Below are positions 1 through 11,340 of a DNA stretch of 37,050 bases, in pieces. Positions within the stretch are counted from its first letter, which is position 1, and each line of letters starts with the position of its first letter. Position numbers and translations under genes: made by a program. The notes below the pieces were generated by a model that did not search any database, was not told the origin of the DNA, and was given only the letters and a program-made list of their open reading frames with translations. Source of the DNA: Calcarisporiella thermophila CBS 279.70 (Eukaryota; Fungi; Calcarisporiellomycota); the NCBI RefSeq assembly GCF_041956535.1, contig NW_027192234.1:7376-44425 (forward strand), written 5' to 3'.

Positions 1-244
1 ATGATAGCTGTGGAGATATGGTCGAATTAAGTCACTAATCACGTGACATACTTCAGCGTTTCATCAGATTACAACCGACAAACCGTATTATTAGCCTTCG
101 GATGTTTTTAATAACGCCAAACCTGTCTTATTTACGTAACATAGATATTTTAAGTGTATAAATAGTCCCTTAACTTGTATACTTTAGTTTTGGGGCCAAG
201 GACAGCTGACCGAGTCGCCACATTGTGCTGAGCTTGATATAATA

Positions 245-918
245 TTTGTAAAATCCTTCCTAACCAGATATCACCAGATCCAGTTGCGGTAACTAGAGAA
301 TGGGCGCACATTACCTCATATGAAGGAGCGTGGAGAAGAGCCTGGAAGAGCTGGCCAAGACGCCCAAGCGAACCAAAGCAAAAGATCCTTCGATGGCGTC
401 TCCTTCAACATAAGTTAATAACAGCAAGAAATGCCCGACACTTCGACCACTCTAGCCCCAACTACAAGAGATGCCGACGAGAAGAGATAGAGACGATAGA
501 ACATGCCTTCTTTGAATGTGCGAGAATTGGAGATCTGTGGAGGTGGTTTAACAGGCTCCATCAAAAGATCCTCGATAAGCCCTGGACAAGCATGCATAAA
601 TACGAGAAACTCTTCGGATTCCACGAGGAGACATAGGGCAAAGATCGACAAGTCTCCATGTTGTTACACGACATCATGGTGTGGAGTATACATAATACCA
701 GGATTGCAATTGTAATAGACAACCATGAACACGAGGACATCGCATTCAAGTGTAACTTTTTATCAGATCTTATCATAGCAATCAAAGGACAATGGATACA
801 GGCACAGAGGAAAAAAGACGAAGAAGGGTTCAAGCAAAAATGAGGAAAAGCTCGCTAATCCGGATCGATGACAGCCAAGAAGTAGCCTTCGATTTCGAGG
901 AAGCCAAGCACACTTAAT
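245..918 (+). mobile_element. Degenerate 3' fragment of an L1/Tx1-like non-LTR retrotransposon ORF2 (zf-RVT zinc finger and C-terminus)
   Basis: The frame starting at 301 translates as WAHITSYEGAWRRAWKSWPRRPSEPKQKILRWRLLQHKL...NYKRCRREEIETIEHAFFECARIGDLWRW...VWSIHNTRI...FKQK*. ETxxHxxxEC..W is the zf-RVT motif, and the segment aligns by eye with AWMYWKKRLSEPKHRAIKWRLLKHRL of the LINE at 34.4-36.1 kb. In-frame stops occur at 634 and 841. Confidence 0.85.
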
Positions 919-1111
919 TCGATATTTCCAAGCACGGAATTCTTTAAATTAAAGTACCTCCGGAAAATTTTGGGGTACCTGCATATATTTAATAAATTGA
1001 TCATATTTCCTGAAAGTTTACTATTACAAGTAAATATTATTTATATTTTAAAAACTGACTTTGCCTGCTTTCATTATGTTCACAATATTGGTTATTTTGT
1101 TTGCAACTTTA

Positions 1112-1613
1112 CAGGGATATAGCGATTTATTATAAAAAATGAAGTGGGACAATTTTGACTAATATAAACCAGGGTTGATTTGTATCTATGTAACTCGATA
1201 TCTAAAGGTGTCTATGGCTCGAAAGTTACTCAACATTTTCTGCTAACCATACTCTTATCCGTTCTCCTCGAAGAGGGATACTCAACACGCGAAATTGCCG
1301 CCCGAGAAGGCATTGTAAAAAGTAGCGTGGCAAGAATATTCCAGAATAAAGAGAATGCATCAATTAATCCTCCAAGAAAGAAAAAAGGTCGCCCACGCAA
1401 ATTATCCAGCCGTGGTGAAAATAGATTATGTAGAAGCGTGGCGACAGGAGAGTGCAAGAACGCAGTCAAGGTGCAAGAACTTTGGAACTAGACGACCGAG
1501 GAGGTTATTTCCGTGAACACTGTTCGTGAAGCACTCCATCGTAATGATTTTGTAGCTAGGGTCAAGAGAAAAAAACCTTTTCTATCGAAAAGGCATCGCC
1601 TTAGTAGACTGGC
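1112..1613 (+). mobile_element. Tc1/mariner-family transposase 5' fragment (paired HTH DNA-binding region), pseudogenised
   Basis: LLEEGYSTREIAAREGIVKSSVARI...GRPRKLS...*TTEEVISVNTVREALHRNDFVARVKRKKPFLSKRHRLSRL gives HTH, GRPR AT-hook and second HTH/KKP motifs typical of Tc1. There is a stop at 1489-1491 and no DDE domain. A possible TA|CAGGG left end lies at 1110-1116. Confidence 0.85.
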
Positions 1614-1740
1614 CATAAATTTATATCCCATGTTTTTCTAGTACATAATAAGCTTGTTCGGAAGCACATATCACATTTGTAATATATATTAAATAAACCA
1701 CAAGACGCAAGTTACCGCGTCCTTAGAGGAAAAAAAAAAG

Positions 1741-2155
1741 TGTTGTGAGGAGAATTGGCACAATATGGAATTATGGCGCAGTAGGAGGAAAGGAGGCCTG
1801 GTTTTGGTGGCTTATTTTTCTTTTACACTTCTTTAAGTCCTTGGGATGGTTTTATTAGTATATTTATTAGCTTACGGTTACGGTTAACATATTTTTCCTT
1901 GATTACCTCATTATATTTTTATTATCTTGTTTACATTTATGTTTGTGGTACGTTATTTTTAGTATAAAAGGGAAACATCTTTGTTTACAATAAAAGAGTG
2001 CTATTTTTTGTTTTGGGATAGAACCGGATTACTTTACAATCCACTTTGTGTCGTTTATTAGCCTTCTGAAGTGTTTACGGAAGGACAATCAAGAGCTTAG
2101 GGATAGCTAGAGGATTGTCAGGATAGACCTTATTAGTCTATTATTCGACGCAACA
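1741..2155 (+). mobile_element. Possible LTR remnant
   Basis: The segment begins TGTTGTG and ends CGCAACA (inverted ends, 1 mismatch). It is preceded by a purine tract AGAGGAAAAAAAAAAG and contains TATAAAAG (~1964) and AATAAA (~1989). There is no clean TSD and no second copy in the window. Confidence 0.3.
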
Positions 2156-2172
2156 AAGGTTAAGTAGTTGGG

Positions 2173-2496
2173 GTCGCCTTTGGTTGACGTAGTGATTTGA
2201 GACCCCGGAGCCGAACCACTAGGTTGCGAGTTCGATTACCGTAGGCGATACCTGTCGATGAGAATTTGCCGGGTTTTTCTCAGGACGCAACCGCTATCAA
2301 TAGTATAGCAACAAGCAAGTAATATCAAGCGGCTACAAAAATAGATAGCAAAAATCCTTAGGAGAAACCCAACTACAAAAATGGGAGACCAGGGGCAGAA
2401 CCTGGGTGATTTTGACTTAGAAGTCTACCCTTCCATTCCCTTCAGATAAAAATCATAAGGTGGATGTAAAAAATATATCCCGAGGGAGAAAAAAAA
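2173..2496 (+). mobile_element. Candidate degenerate tRNA-headed SINE
   Basis: GTCGCCT (2173-2179) pairs with AGGCGAT (2243-2249), followed by ACC. A B-box-like GAGTTCGATTACC is present. A 3' hairpin GGATGT-AAAAAAT-ATATCC (2462-2480) lies 8 nt before A8 (2489-2496). AGTAGTT occurs on both flanks. Confidence 0.4.
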
Positions 2497-2730
2497 TACG
2501 TAGTAGTTAGGAGTATGTATTTCTCATTTTACAAACACAACAGAACTGGAATAAAGCAATATTTTTTAGCCTTCGCCCTTGAGCTCGCTGTTCTCACCAC
2601 GAATTCCTAATTTCACAAAATTGGAATTCCTGTATGGGAATCAAATAGCAGTCACGAAGCGCTCGAGTGCCTACCATCATAAAAATTAAAATCGATCGCG
2701 TAATATAACGACCCTACTAGATAAATAAAA

Positions 2731-3145
2731 ATGAAGAGATCGCTCCTTGCTCTAAGCCTTTTTATGCTTACTACCTGCACTGCCTCGATTGCCCATGAGA
2801 CTACTGACTCCAAGTGCAACCCAACTGATCTGGACATTGATGTCTAAGCTAAGCCTAATTTTGAGGATTTTGAGTACACCAATGGCAGCCTTAAAAGCAA
2901 CGAATGCTATACAATGAAGATTGACCATCATATGGGAAGTTACAAGATTTGTGAGTCAATTCCACTTAAATATTCAAGTTGCATAATTACTGATTGTCAA
3001 GATGCAAACATTTATAGCGAAGGAATCGCAGGTTACATTTTTCCCGGAACGCAGATGCAATGGGAAAGCAGTCTATAGTGGGAATGATTCCAATGCGGAG
3101 ACAGATTTCACTGCTCGATCGTTCAAGATCACTTGCAACAGCTAA
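2731..3145 (+). pseudogene. Small secreted Cys-containing protein, beta/gamma-crystallin-like; 2 exons (2731-2950, 3018-3145), one premature TAA at 2845
   Basis: Signal-peptide-like N-terminus MKRSLLALSLFMLTTCTASIA. The GTGAGT...ACTGA...TAG intron (2951-3017) keeps the frame. Conceptual protein: ...KCNPTDLDIDV*AKPNFEDFEY...NECYTMKIDHHMGSYKISKESQVTFFPERRCNGK...ARSFKITCNS*. The fold assignment is an inference from Greek-key-like motifs. Confidence 0.7.
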
Positions 3146-4870
3146 CTTGCCAAATTTCTAACCATTTGTATCTAGTGTATTATTTATCCCTGTCTCTTTG
3201 ACACATTTCAGTACAATGGTTTTTAGACTATACATATTCTAATTGTAGTTGTGAGATAAAGAAGATATCACGAATATAAAATAAAAAATAATCGAGCGCA
3301 TAGCATGAACGAGTCCTACTGAGCGCTTGTCTCATATCGCATTCGCGTAGGCGTAGGGTTTTGAATATATTAAAGTTGGGGTTTAAGGTTACGAACTTGC
3401 AACCCTAATTGTAATTGAATTTCTGCAGTATTTAACCCTCAGTGTTTCGAGGGTATTGAAATGCATCCTTTAGACATTCATTGACTAGTGTTTCTTAAAT
3501 CTTTTTTACGAACTTATTTTAGTGTAATAAACATTAGTATATGTCGAACCCTACTTGTGCTTATTACACCGCCATAACTACATTGTCTTGGTACACCTGC
3601 TCATTTCTTCGCATATTCCCTTACTAAGTGTAATAGTTTTGTTGAGTGGGGTAGCATATAGGATACTATGGGGAATAAGGATGAGTCTCTGCACCAACTG
3701 AAAATTAGTGATTGCGAACCTTGGATTTGACGCTTTTGGGGCACCATGCGGGAATGTTCGACCTGAAATTTTCAGAGAAGATAGTGGGGAAGTTCCGGTG
3801 AAATGAATTGTGAAAATGGAGGCTGCTATCCTGTTGGACTGACGATGCCGCGCTTTCTACTTTAAAATGCTGCAGTACGGATATAGCTAGCGGTTCGTTC
3901 CGTGAGAAAAATATAATTGGGGGAGAACACTCATAGAAGGTGGGAGTGCTCGTCAGGAATAAAATCCTTTGCCTGTAGCCTTGAATAATATCGATGTAAC
4001 CAATAGTATTGGAGAGATTATAGATGAGAATAGCTGTAATAGAAGAGATTTCGAAGACGGAGGGTAGGGTGATAGACGATAAGAGTGTAAGGAAGGGGAG
4101 TGGGTGGGAAAAAGTTGACTACGAAAGCAACGGCTCATGGCAAGATGGGGAGTATTCCTAGTGTTGAATCAACTGAGTGAGACACTAGCCACATATCTTT
4201 GGCTTAGGGATTGGCTAGCTTGTCTTTGTCGAGGCAAGAACTCATGGAACCCATGGATGCGGTGAAATTTGCCCCGGCGATAAATATGCTTGGCTACAGG
4301 ACCGGAGGAGATATTGCTCTAAATAATAATGTGCATGTCTTGGAGCATAGAATCTTAGCATCGCAGGAGATTGGTGTATTCGTCATCTCCATTTCATCGT
4401 ATCTTGCGTATTCTCCATCGATATCCATACTGCAGCGTTACACTGTGCGAAGCGCGGCTCGGTCCAATCGATCAGCATGCTAAGTGTTTCAACGCTCTAA
4501 CAAGCTAGTGACTTACCAATCTATCACTTCATGGTGTTCCTTAGCTGTATAATAGGGTACATATATGATCGAACTGGCACTTCTCGAGTCGATCGCATAC
4601 TCGGCCCCCGTAGTTCGTCTCGAATCCACGAATAATCCTACTTATCCCACTAGTAGATATTTGAGGTGTCCGACCTGCATCCATTTTCTTTGTTGGGGAT
4701 TGAAACCTCTTCACATTAAGCTTAGCAACTTAGATTGCAAAGGTATCGGCTTAGTATTATATTTTGTAATGTTGGTAGACATTATTTAGCACAATTCAAA
4801 TAGGAGTAAACGAGTTTGTTAAGATAAAGGCACACGAAGTAGAGAAGACGGACACAAAGCAGGCGAACTA

Positions 4871-5875
4871 TCAATTTGAGGATTCGTATGGGAGCTCCAG
4901 CTTTTGGACCCACTTCTTTCGCAGGTGGTCCCGGCCCATAATCACGACCCGATCCTTGTAGATTTGCAGGTAGAGGGATTGGGCCTCCTTGTAACCACCG
5001 GGGGGCACGTATTCTCTGCCATTGGAATCCATAGTCCACTCTTGCTCAATAAACCCGGTGTTGATGATCTGGAACCCTTTTGGATTTCCGCCCTCCACCG
5101 TCTTGCGGGTTTGCCAGTCGTCGAGGTACAACTTGTAGTGGGTGTGCGAGGTAAAAAGGATGACCTGAGAGTACTGGCCCAAGATGTCCAGGAGCTCTTT
5201 CTTCTGCATGTAGATGTTCTCGTAGCCCTTGGGACTGCTGCCAGAGGTGGTCATGTAGATCGGGATGTGAAGGTAAACAAAGATGGGTTTGCCGGACGCA
5301 GAGTGAACCTGGAGCCGCTCCTTGAGCCAGTTCAGCTGCTCTGGGCTCAGCCAGACGTAGTCTCCCTTAATGTATCTAGAGATGGAGCGGTTAGAGGATT
5401 TTGTCTCGAGGTGGTCCACCCTAAAGTTATGGCAAGAGGTACAGAGCTTGGTATACCTTTCTGTGCCCAAAAAAATCAAGGGAAAGCCGTCCACAGTGCG
5501 CTCGTAGTATATTTTGGGCTCTTTCGTTAATTTTCGGAAACGCTCGAACATCACCTCTTCTTTATCGCCCGAGTACAGGTCATGATTGCCAATATTGTAG
5601 AAGACCTTTTCCGGGTGCGGATTTGAGTTGAGAGTCGAGAGGAGATCGGTGTATTGTTTCTCATAGCCCTCCCTGGCGACATCGCCATTAATGACAAGAG
5701 CTTGATACTTGGGATCCACAGCAACCATGTCATTGAGTGCCAATTTGAGATCGTTGAGATCACCCTGTGTATCACTCGCCACGAAGAATGTGGTAATGGG
5801 TGTGTCGGCTACAGGTGCCGCAAAAGAGCACACGAATGTCGCCACAGATGCAATGGCAAATAGGTAGCCTTTCAT
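4871..5875 (-). CDS. Secreted calcineurin-like metallophosphoesterase (bacterial-type); one in-frame 81-nt intron at 5376-5456
   Basis: Signal peptide plus metallophosphoesterase motifs SDTQ, NGD, GNHD, HIP and TSHTH. The intron GTATAC...CTAAC...CTAG, when removed, gives LGTERYIKGDYVWLSPEQLNWL. Confidence 0.9.
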   Translation of the reverse strand: MKGYLFAIASVATFVCSFAAPVADTPITTFFVASDTQGDLNDLKLALNDMVAVDPKYQALVINGDVAREGYEKQYTDLLSTLNSNPHPEKVFYNIGNHDLYSGDKEEVMFERFRKLTKEPKIYYERTVDGFPLIFLGTERYTKLCTSCHNFRVDHLETKSSNRSISRYIKGDYVWLSPEQLNWLKERLQVHSASGKPIFVYLHIPIYMTTSGSSPKGYENIYMQKKELLDILGQYSQVILFTSHTHYKLYLDDWQTRKTVEGGNPKGFQIINTGFIEQEWTMDSNGREYVPPGGYKEAQSLYLQIYKDRVVIMGRDHLRKKWVQKLELPYESSN

Positions 5876-6100
5876 AGTACTTTAAACACAACTCGGAGAG
5901 CGCGGAGAAAGAGAGGCGGGGCTAGGGGGAAATGGAAAGGGAAAGGAATGGAATAAAGAAAGTGTAATGTCACCTGCAGTAACCTAGCCTGATGCTCGCC
6001 TCTTCCTCTCGCTTTTATACTTTGCATACGTTTAATATGTCCAACAATCGTCCAACATCTGAAATTCAAGAGAGCGTTCCCCACATCCATTGGCCACCCG

Positions 6101-6106
6101 CACGTG
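6101..6106. promoter_or_regulatory. CACGTG E-box (possible Pho4-type bHLH site) upstream of the phosphoesterase
   Basis: GCACGTGC lies about 225 bp upstream of the ATG at 5875. It is a single hexamer and could be chance. Confidence 0.2.
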
Positions 6107-7450
6107 CCCTGACCCGACCTCAAGCGGCTTTCATCGAAGGGCGGTTTTAGGACAATGGGATCCCCTTTCTCACGTAATTCGTGAAAACTTGTACGCTGCT
6201 TAGACCTCGTGGAAGTCTCTTTGGGCTGAAGCTTCGGTCTGAGCAAACTCTTTCGTCAGAGAGATCCTCCACCACGAGTCCCACCCATGCTAGCGCAGTT
6301 GGACGCTGCGGTACTCCGTATCTTGCTAATTGTCCTATACTGTAATCGATTATTTTTATCTTGTTTCGCCATATTCTGTTGTCCGTTCTATGCTCAGTTT
6401 GCCCAGCTTACCTCTGATCTATTCCTATCTAAAGAGATTATCATTCCCATACCTCTTTCTTTGGAGAAGCACGACTGAGCTAGGGACAAGAGGCGAGTGG
6501 CTGATACCTTTTTGCGGGCGTGATTGATAACGGTCTACGACAGGATTGATGCTTGGAGAGAGAAAGGATGAGCCCTTGCTCTCAGTCCATTCAAGCTTAA
6601 TAAGCTTCTTCAGAATAGTTGCACCTGTATTTTTATGCCCTCCAATGAGCGAAACATCTGTCGGAAATGTGGGGGGTCTAGAACCCTCTCTCTTCCAGGT
6701 TCCTCTACATAGGGCTGTTACTCCAACTCTATTATTCCCATCGATACTGATTAGACAAAGTGCCCCTAACTGGCTTCATGCTTTAGCCTTTGCAATGTAT
6801 CCAATGTATCCTTTATCCTTTAGGTGTAGGTTGAACCGATATTATCTAAAGCGCTTGGAGTATGCATAAACAAATAACCATCCCGCAACTCGATTTCCGC
6901 GTTTCCAAAGTACTTGCAAAGTTCGGTTTCAGTGCTGGCTTTTTAATCGCATCGCCATAATGCGGCCATCCTTCCTAGTTAGGTATTGGGCGCTTTGGAA
7001 GATGCCGGGAGAGCTTATGGCCAACTGTTCTCAACTTTTCCCCTGGCTAGTTTTCCTAGCGGGTGGGTTGGCCTTCCTTAGGGCCCCAAGGCAATATTCA
7101 AGCCAGATCACAAGGACTTTCGGCATAGCAGAGAGAACATTTGGATGAACACAACGCTTGTTGTAGTGAAATTGGTTTTCAAATAATTTAGCATAACGTA
7201 GGTCTCAAAAATTGTTAGACAGGGAACCAAAAAATTGAAAAAAAACAGTCGATCGAATACAGGACAAATAAAGCTGGTTATGGCAGGGAGCCATGAATAC
7301 GAACAACAACAAAATCAACAGCAGAGGGGAGACAAAAAAAAATGCACACACACACACGAAATGATAAATAGATTCCCCGTTAATGATATTGCATGAAATA
7401 CAGGTCTCTATTCTAGCAACGTAGGGTGGGTTGACACAGATGGCATTGAA

Positions 7451-10346
7451 TTACCACAACTCAATTTTCCTCTCAAACCCTTTCTCTCTTTCTTCCCAGT
7501 ACCCGCCTTTGTACCTCCAAATCTTCGGCTCTTCCCCATATGGGTCCTTTGTTTCCTCGAACCACTGAGGCACCCACGCTCGGCCCTCCGACTCCAGCAG
7601 CTTTCGATATTCGCGCTGCCGCTGTTCCACGCGCTGCTTCTCCGCATCCGCCTGCTGCACCTTACCCTCTTCGAAAAGGCGCTGGTCCGGGCGCAAGCGA
7701 GTGTCCGTGTTGGGGAGCTTTCCCTCTAGGTCAGGGGTGATCTCGTTCAGCTCAATGGCGAACCGCGTGAAGCCATAGTACCGCTCGTGGTCAGGAAGGG
7801 GGGGGTGTGCGCGCCACATCACCTGTAGTTTGTCCGAGCCCACCTCGAGGGCCAGGGCTTCGTTCCACTTCCCCTTGATTTGACGCCACACGCGCCCCTC
7901 CCGAGTATACAGCGTCGCGCACACCTCGTTCCGACGCCCGCCCCAGAAATCCGACTCTTTGTAGGTGATGTCTGCATATTCGCCCGTGGTGTGGTTGGTG
8001 ACCCGCACTTCTCCCGTGTGCTCGAGATAGCGGGTGCCTGCGAGCATGTTGCGGGTCCAAGTCGAAGGCTTGGTGTAGGTGAAGTGATCGCCATGCCGCG
8101 AGAGGAGCACGTGCACACATCCGCTGGGAACGAGCTCCATGGATTTCCCCCAGAATTTGGTCTTCATCTTCGAGTCTTGGTAGAAGGTGAAATTCGGAGA
8201 CTCCGCATGACACTAGAGGGAGGAAGGGAGGGAGGGAGGGGGGGTGGAATGGAAAAAGAAACAAAAGAGAAGAGGTGAGAAAACGTTCAAGACGATGGTG
8301 GCGGCGCGGAGGACGAGTTCACGCCAAGAGCAGTGGGTTATACTCACAGCCATAATGGGGGGGTGGTGGCTCACTTTCTCGGCAATGAATTTGAAGCCCT
8401 TGTCCTTCCGTACACACTCATAGGTTTCGCCGTGGAGAGGGTTGAATGGCTTTCTGCCGGCACGGAACTGCGTGCTCGCGTATCCGGACACCGAAAACGC
8501 CGTCACATAGGCGAGGCGCATCATTGAATCGTCCTCCGAGGTGGCGCGGTCGAGCAGCTCGCTGTATTCTAGCTCCTCGCACAGGCGCTGCAGCAAGTTG
8601 AGGGGTTCGTTGAGCGAGACCGGCATCGCGATGGTGGACAAATCTTTGCCCACGTTCTTGCGCAGGATTGAGAGGAGGGATATGTCGTCACCACACACGG
8701 GGTGGGGAAGGTGTTTTCGGCGTGGGATAACGGCCTCCTGCTCCATCACCTCGGAGATGGTTTTGGCGGTGGAGGTGGAGGAGGCGGACAGGGACTCCTC
8801 CTTGCGCGGGGCCACAGCCTCCTCTGCGGAAATTTCGGCCAGCAGTTCGCGGTCGGGCGACTTGGGTATCTCGATCCCGATTTCATGCCACTCTCCCTCG
8901 TCCTCTTCCGCGACATGGATATCCTCGTCCGCGTCGAAGAAGAGCTCGGAGCTCTGCAGCGAGCTGACCGAGGAGGCATAGATGGACGGGCTTGTCATTC
9001 CCCGAACGCGTTGGTCGAGCGAGGCGGGAGAACCTGGGCGCTCTTTCCGTTGCTGTAGTTGCTGCTGCTGCTGGTGCTGTTGCTGTTGCTGATGGATGCG
9101 ATTCATTTCGGCCTTCATAAGCTCGAACGCACGCTCTTTTTCTTGGTGGAGCTTGGAAAAGGCGTTTTCAAGTTGACCAAGGATGGTCAGGGCCTTGCTG
9201 TTGTTGCTGGCAAGCGCGGCGGACTCATTCGACCCGCTTCGGTTGCGTGAAAAATGTTCGAACATGGCCCTGCTGTTGTTCACCGAGCGAGAGCGGGAGG
9301 AGGGGTCCAATAGCGGCGGCTGCATGGCCGATTTCAGCGACGAGAGCAGCTCTTTGACGGTGAGAAAGCCCTGGCTCAAGGTATCCATGGATGCGTGGAC
9401 GCTCTGTGGCCCGGCCCCAGAGGAGGCAGAAGCCACCGCCTCCAGGGACGAGAGACGCATGGTGGTGGCCGCGCTGACCGGGGTGTTGCGCTTGTGCGAG
9501 CGGATTGCGTCCACCCACTTGTCGTAGTCGGCGCGGGAGAGAGGCTTCAGGTGGTAGGTCGCCGTTCCTCCATCGATGTGGATGACGCTCTGTTGCGGGG
9601 ACACGGACACAATACACTGCATCAGCTGTAGCGACCCGCGCACAACGCTGTGCGGGTGCAGGCGGTAGGAGAGGGTTCCGCGGTCGAGCTCAACCCATCG
9701 CTTAGCCCATCCTTGCATCTTCTTTCGCTTTTTCTTAAGCACCCATCCGGAAAGCTCCGGCTGATGCTGGGTCTCCTCGAGGGTTCCTGTGGGGCAGCAA
9801 GAAAGAGAGTTAGTGGGGGCTTTGGCTCATCCCCAGGGAGCATGAGCGGCATCAGCTCAATGACGACTCACCATCGGCCAAAGATGTGAAGAATGTCAGG
9901 CGCTTGGGGGTTGTCAGCGAGTAGGTGTTGTCAAAGCACAGGACATAGGTGCCCTCTTCCCTGGCGATGTACTGGCCCTTGATGGTGTTCGAGGCCGAGT
10001 TGTAGTGCTGGACCGGCAGCACTTCGATGAGATCGGCCTGCGCCAATTTCTCTGCCGCAGAGCTCATCTTCTTGGGGCCCATTCCCGCGGTCGTTGTGGT
10101 TGAGGTGAGGATGGAGCCATCGTCATCCTCGGAGTCGCCGGCCAGATGGGTCGATGCACTGTCCACGCGATGGGTCTGAGGGCCACAGCCTCCATTGGCC
10201 CGGTCGAGGGGCTTTGCGCATTTGTAGAGGCCAAAGGAGATGTTCTTGTTCTTGGTGGAGAACCACCAGAGGAGCGTTTGGTTTTTCTGCGAGACGCGCA
10301 CAAAGTGCTGGTAGATGTCCCGGGGCTGCACCTCAACTTCTTGCAT
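7451..10346 (-). CDS. OSH3: Oxysterol-binding protein homolog Osh3 (GOLD + PH + FFAT + OSBP domain), about 891 aa; exons 10346-9872, 9786-8348, 8212-7451
   Basis: GOLD domain (FDNTYS), PH domain (LKKKRKKMQGWAKRW), FFAT-like ELFFDADE, and OSBP signatures KPFNPLHGETYE, EKVSHHPP and DTRLRPDQ. Both GTGAGT..AG introns restore the frame. Confidence 0.93.
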
Positions 10347-10719
10347 CGGGGATGGGAGGGGGGCGAGACGCTCACACGAGAAGCGCAGAGCAGTGTGGGG
10401 GAAAACAAGGAAGGCGCTTCCAATTTGATGGGCCCTAAAATCCGCATTCTATTCTCGCCACTTTTCACACGTGCTTTTGTAGCAGAGGTTCTCATTTCAA
10501 CCGGATTCCCCACCTTTTGGTCGTCACGAGCAGCCAAAACCCAGCCTTTGGGAGCAGCCTCTCGCAGGCATTAAATTAAACTATGGAATACATATCTCAG
10601 GGCGTAATTACAAAGCGGTAGAGAAAAAGCAAATACAAAATACAACAAAAAAGCTCGGGAAGAAATAGCGGGGCCGTCCAAGGGAGGGGACGGACGCTCG
10701 CCCCACGCATCTTCCACGG

Positions 10720-11340
10720 TCACTCGGAACAGGCTCTCTCGAGAATGGCTTGCCGCGGCGGTATCCATCTCGCCTTGTTCATTCGCGTTCTTTTCATCTT
10801 CTCCACCTCCAGATCGTGATTCAGCATCTCCAAGAGGTCCTTTTCGTCGGGTATCATATGAGTTCGATCAAGAGGGGGTATTTGGTAAGCCTGGGGGTAC
10901 TGGACTAGGGGATGGAGGCGGAGCGAGATTTGGAGACTGGCGCGCATGAAATTGGAGTGGAGTAGACAAAACCGCCGATTGGTCACGCCGCCGCCGACAA
11001 ACTGCGCCATGTCGAGCTCCACCTGCCCGAGCACGGTGTCGGCGCCATCGGAGAGCTGATGGACGCTGAGCACGAGATGGCTTGGCCCCAGCATGCCTAG
11101 GACATCGTCGAGGGGAATTCGCACACGATGCTTGACGGTGGAGTTCCAGAGGGCTCGGTACTGAGCCAGGGGGACGCTCTCGGTGCGGCCGTGGAAGAAC
11201 AGCGAATGGTAGCGAATTTGGAAGAGGCCCTTGGCGAGCGGAAGTTTGTCAAGGGAAACAACGGTTAGCGAGGCGGTACAGGGGAGCGATTTGCCCTGCC
11301 GTAGTTTGATTCTGTTGAGAATGTCGGGAAGAGGCGCCAT
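10720..11340 (-). CDS. NT-C2 (EEIG1/EHBP1 N-terminal C2) domain protein
   Basis: The pattern L..LP..G...GRT..V.....A.W....V.I.....L.P..L.LSV.Q....LG.V.LD.A.F...RRF.L...A.L.ISL matches NT-C2. First ATG is at 11340. Confidence 0.75.
   Translation of the reverse strand: MAPLPDILNRIKLRQGKSLPCTASLTVVSLDKLPLAKGLFQIRYHSLFFHGRTESVPLAQYRALWNSTVKHRVRIPLDDVLGMLGPSHLVLSVHQLSDGADTVLGQVELDMAQFVGGGVTNRRFCLLHSNFMRASLQISLRLHPLVQYPQAYQIPPLDRTHMIPDEKDLLEMLNHDLEVEKMKRTRMNKARWIPPRQAILERACSE

Noticed and set aside
2845-2847. Stop-codon reassignment (TAA read as Tyr)
   Set aside because: TAA terminates several conserved genes here (OSH3, TOM70, the MFS transporter), so a point mutation or sequencing error is simpler.
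3950-4780. Possible further LINE 3' relic or Helitron end (purine-rich tract; CTGTGCGAAGCGCGG hairpin at ~4443)
   Set aside because: No convincing protein motif was recovered, and the nearest CTAG is about 50 bp from the hairpin, too far for a typical Helitron end.
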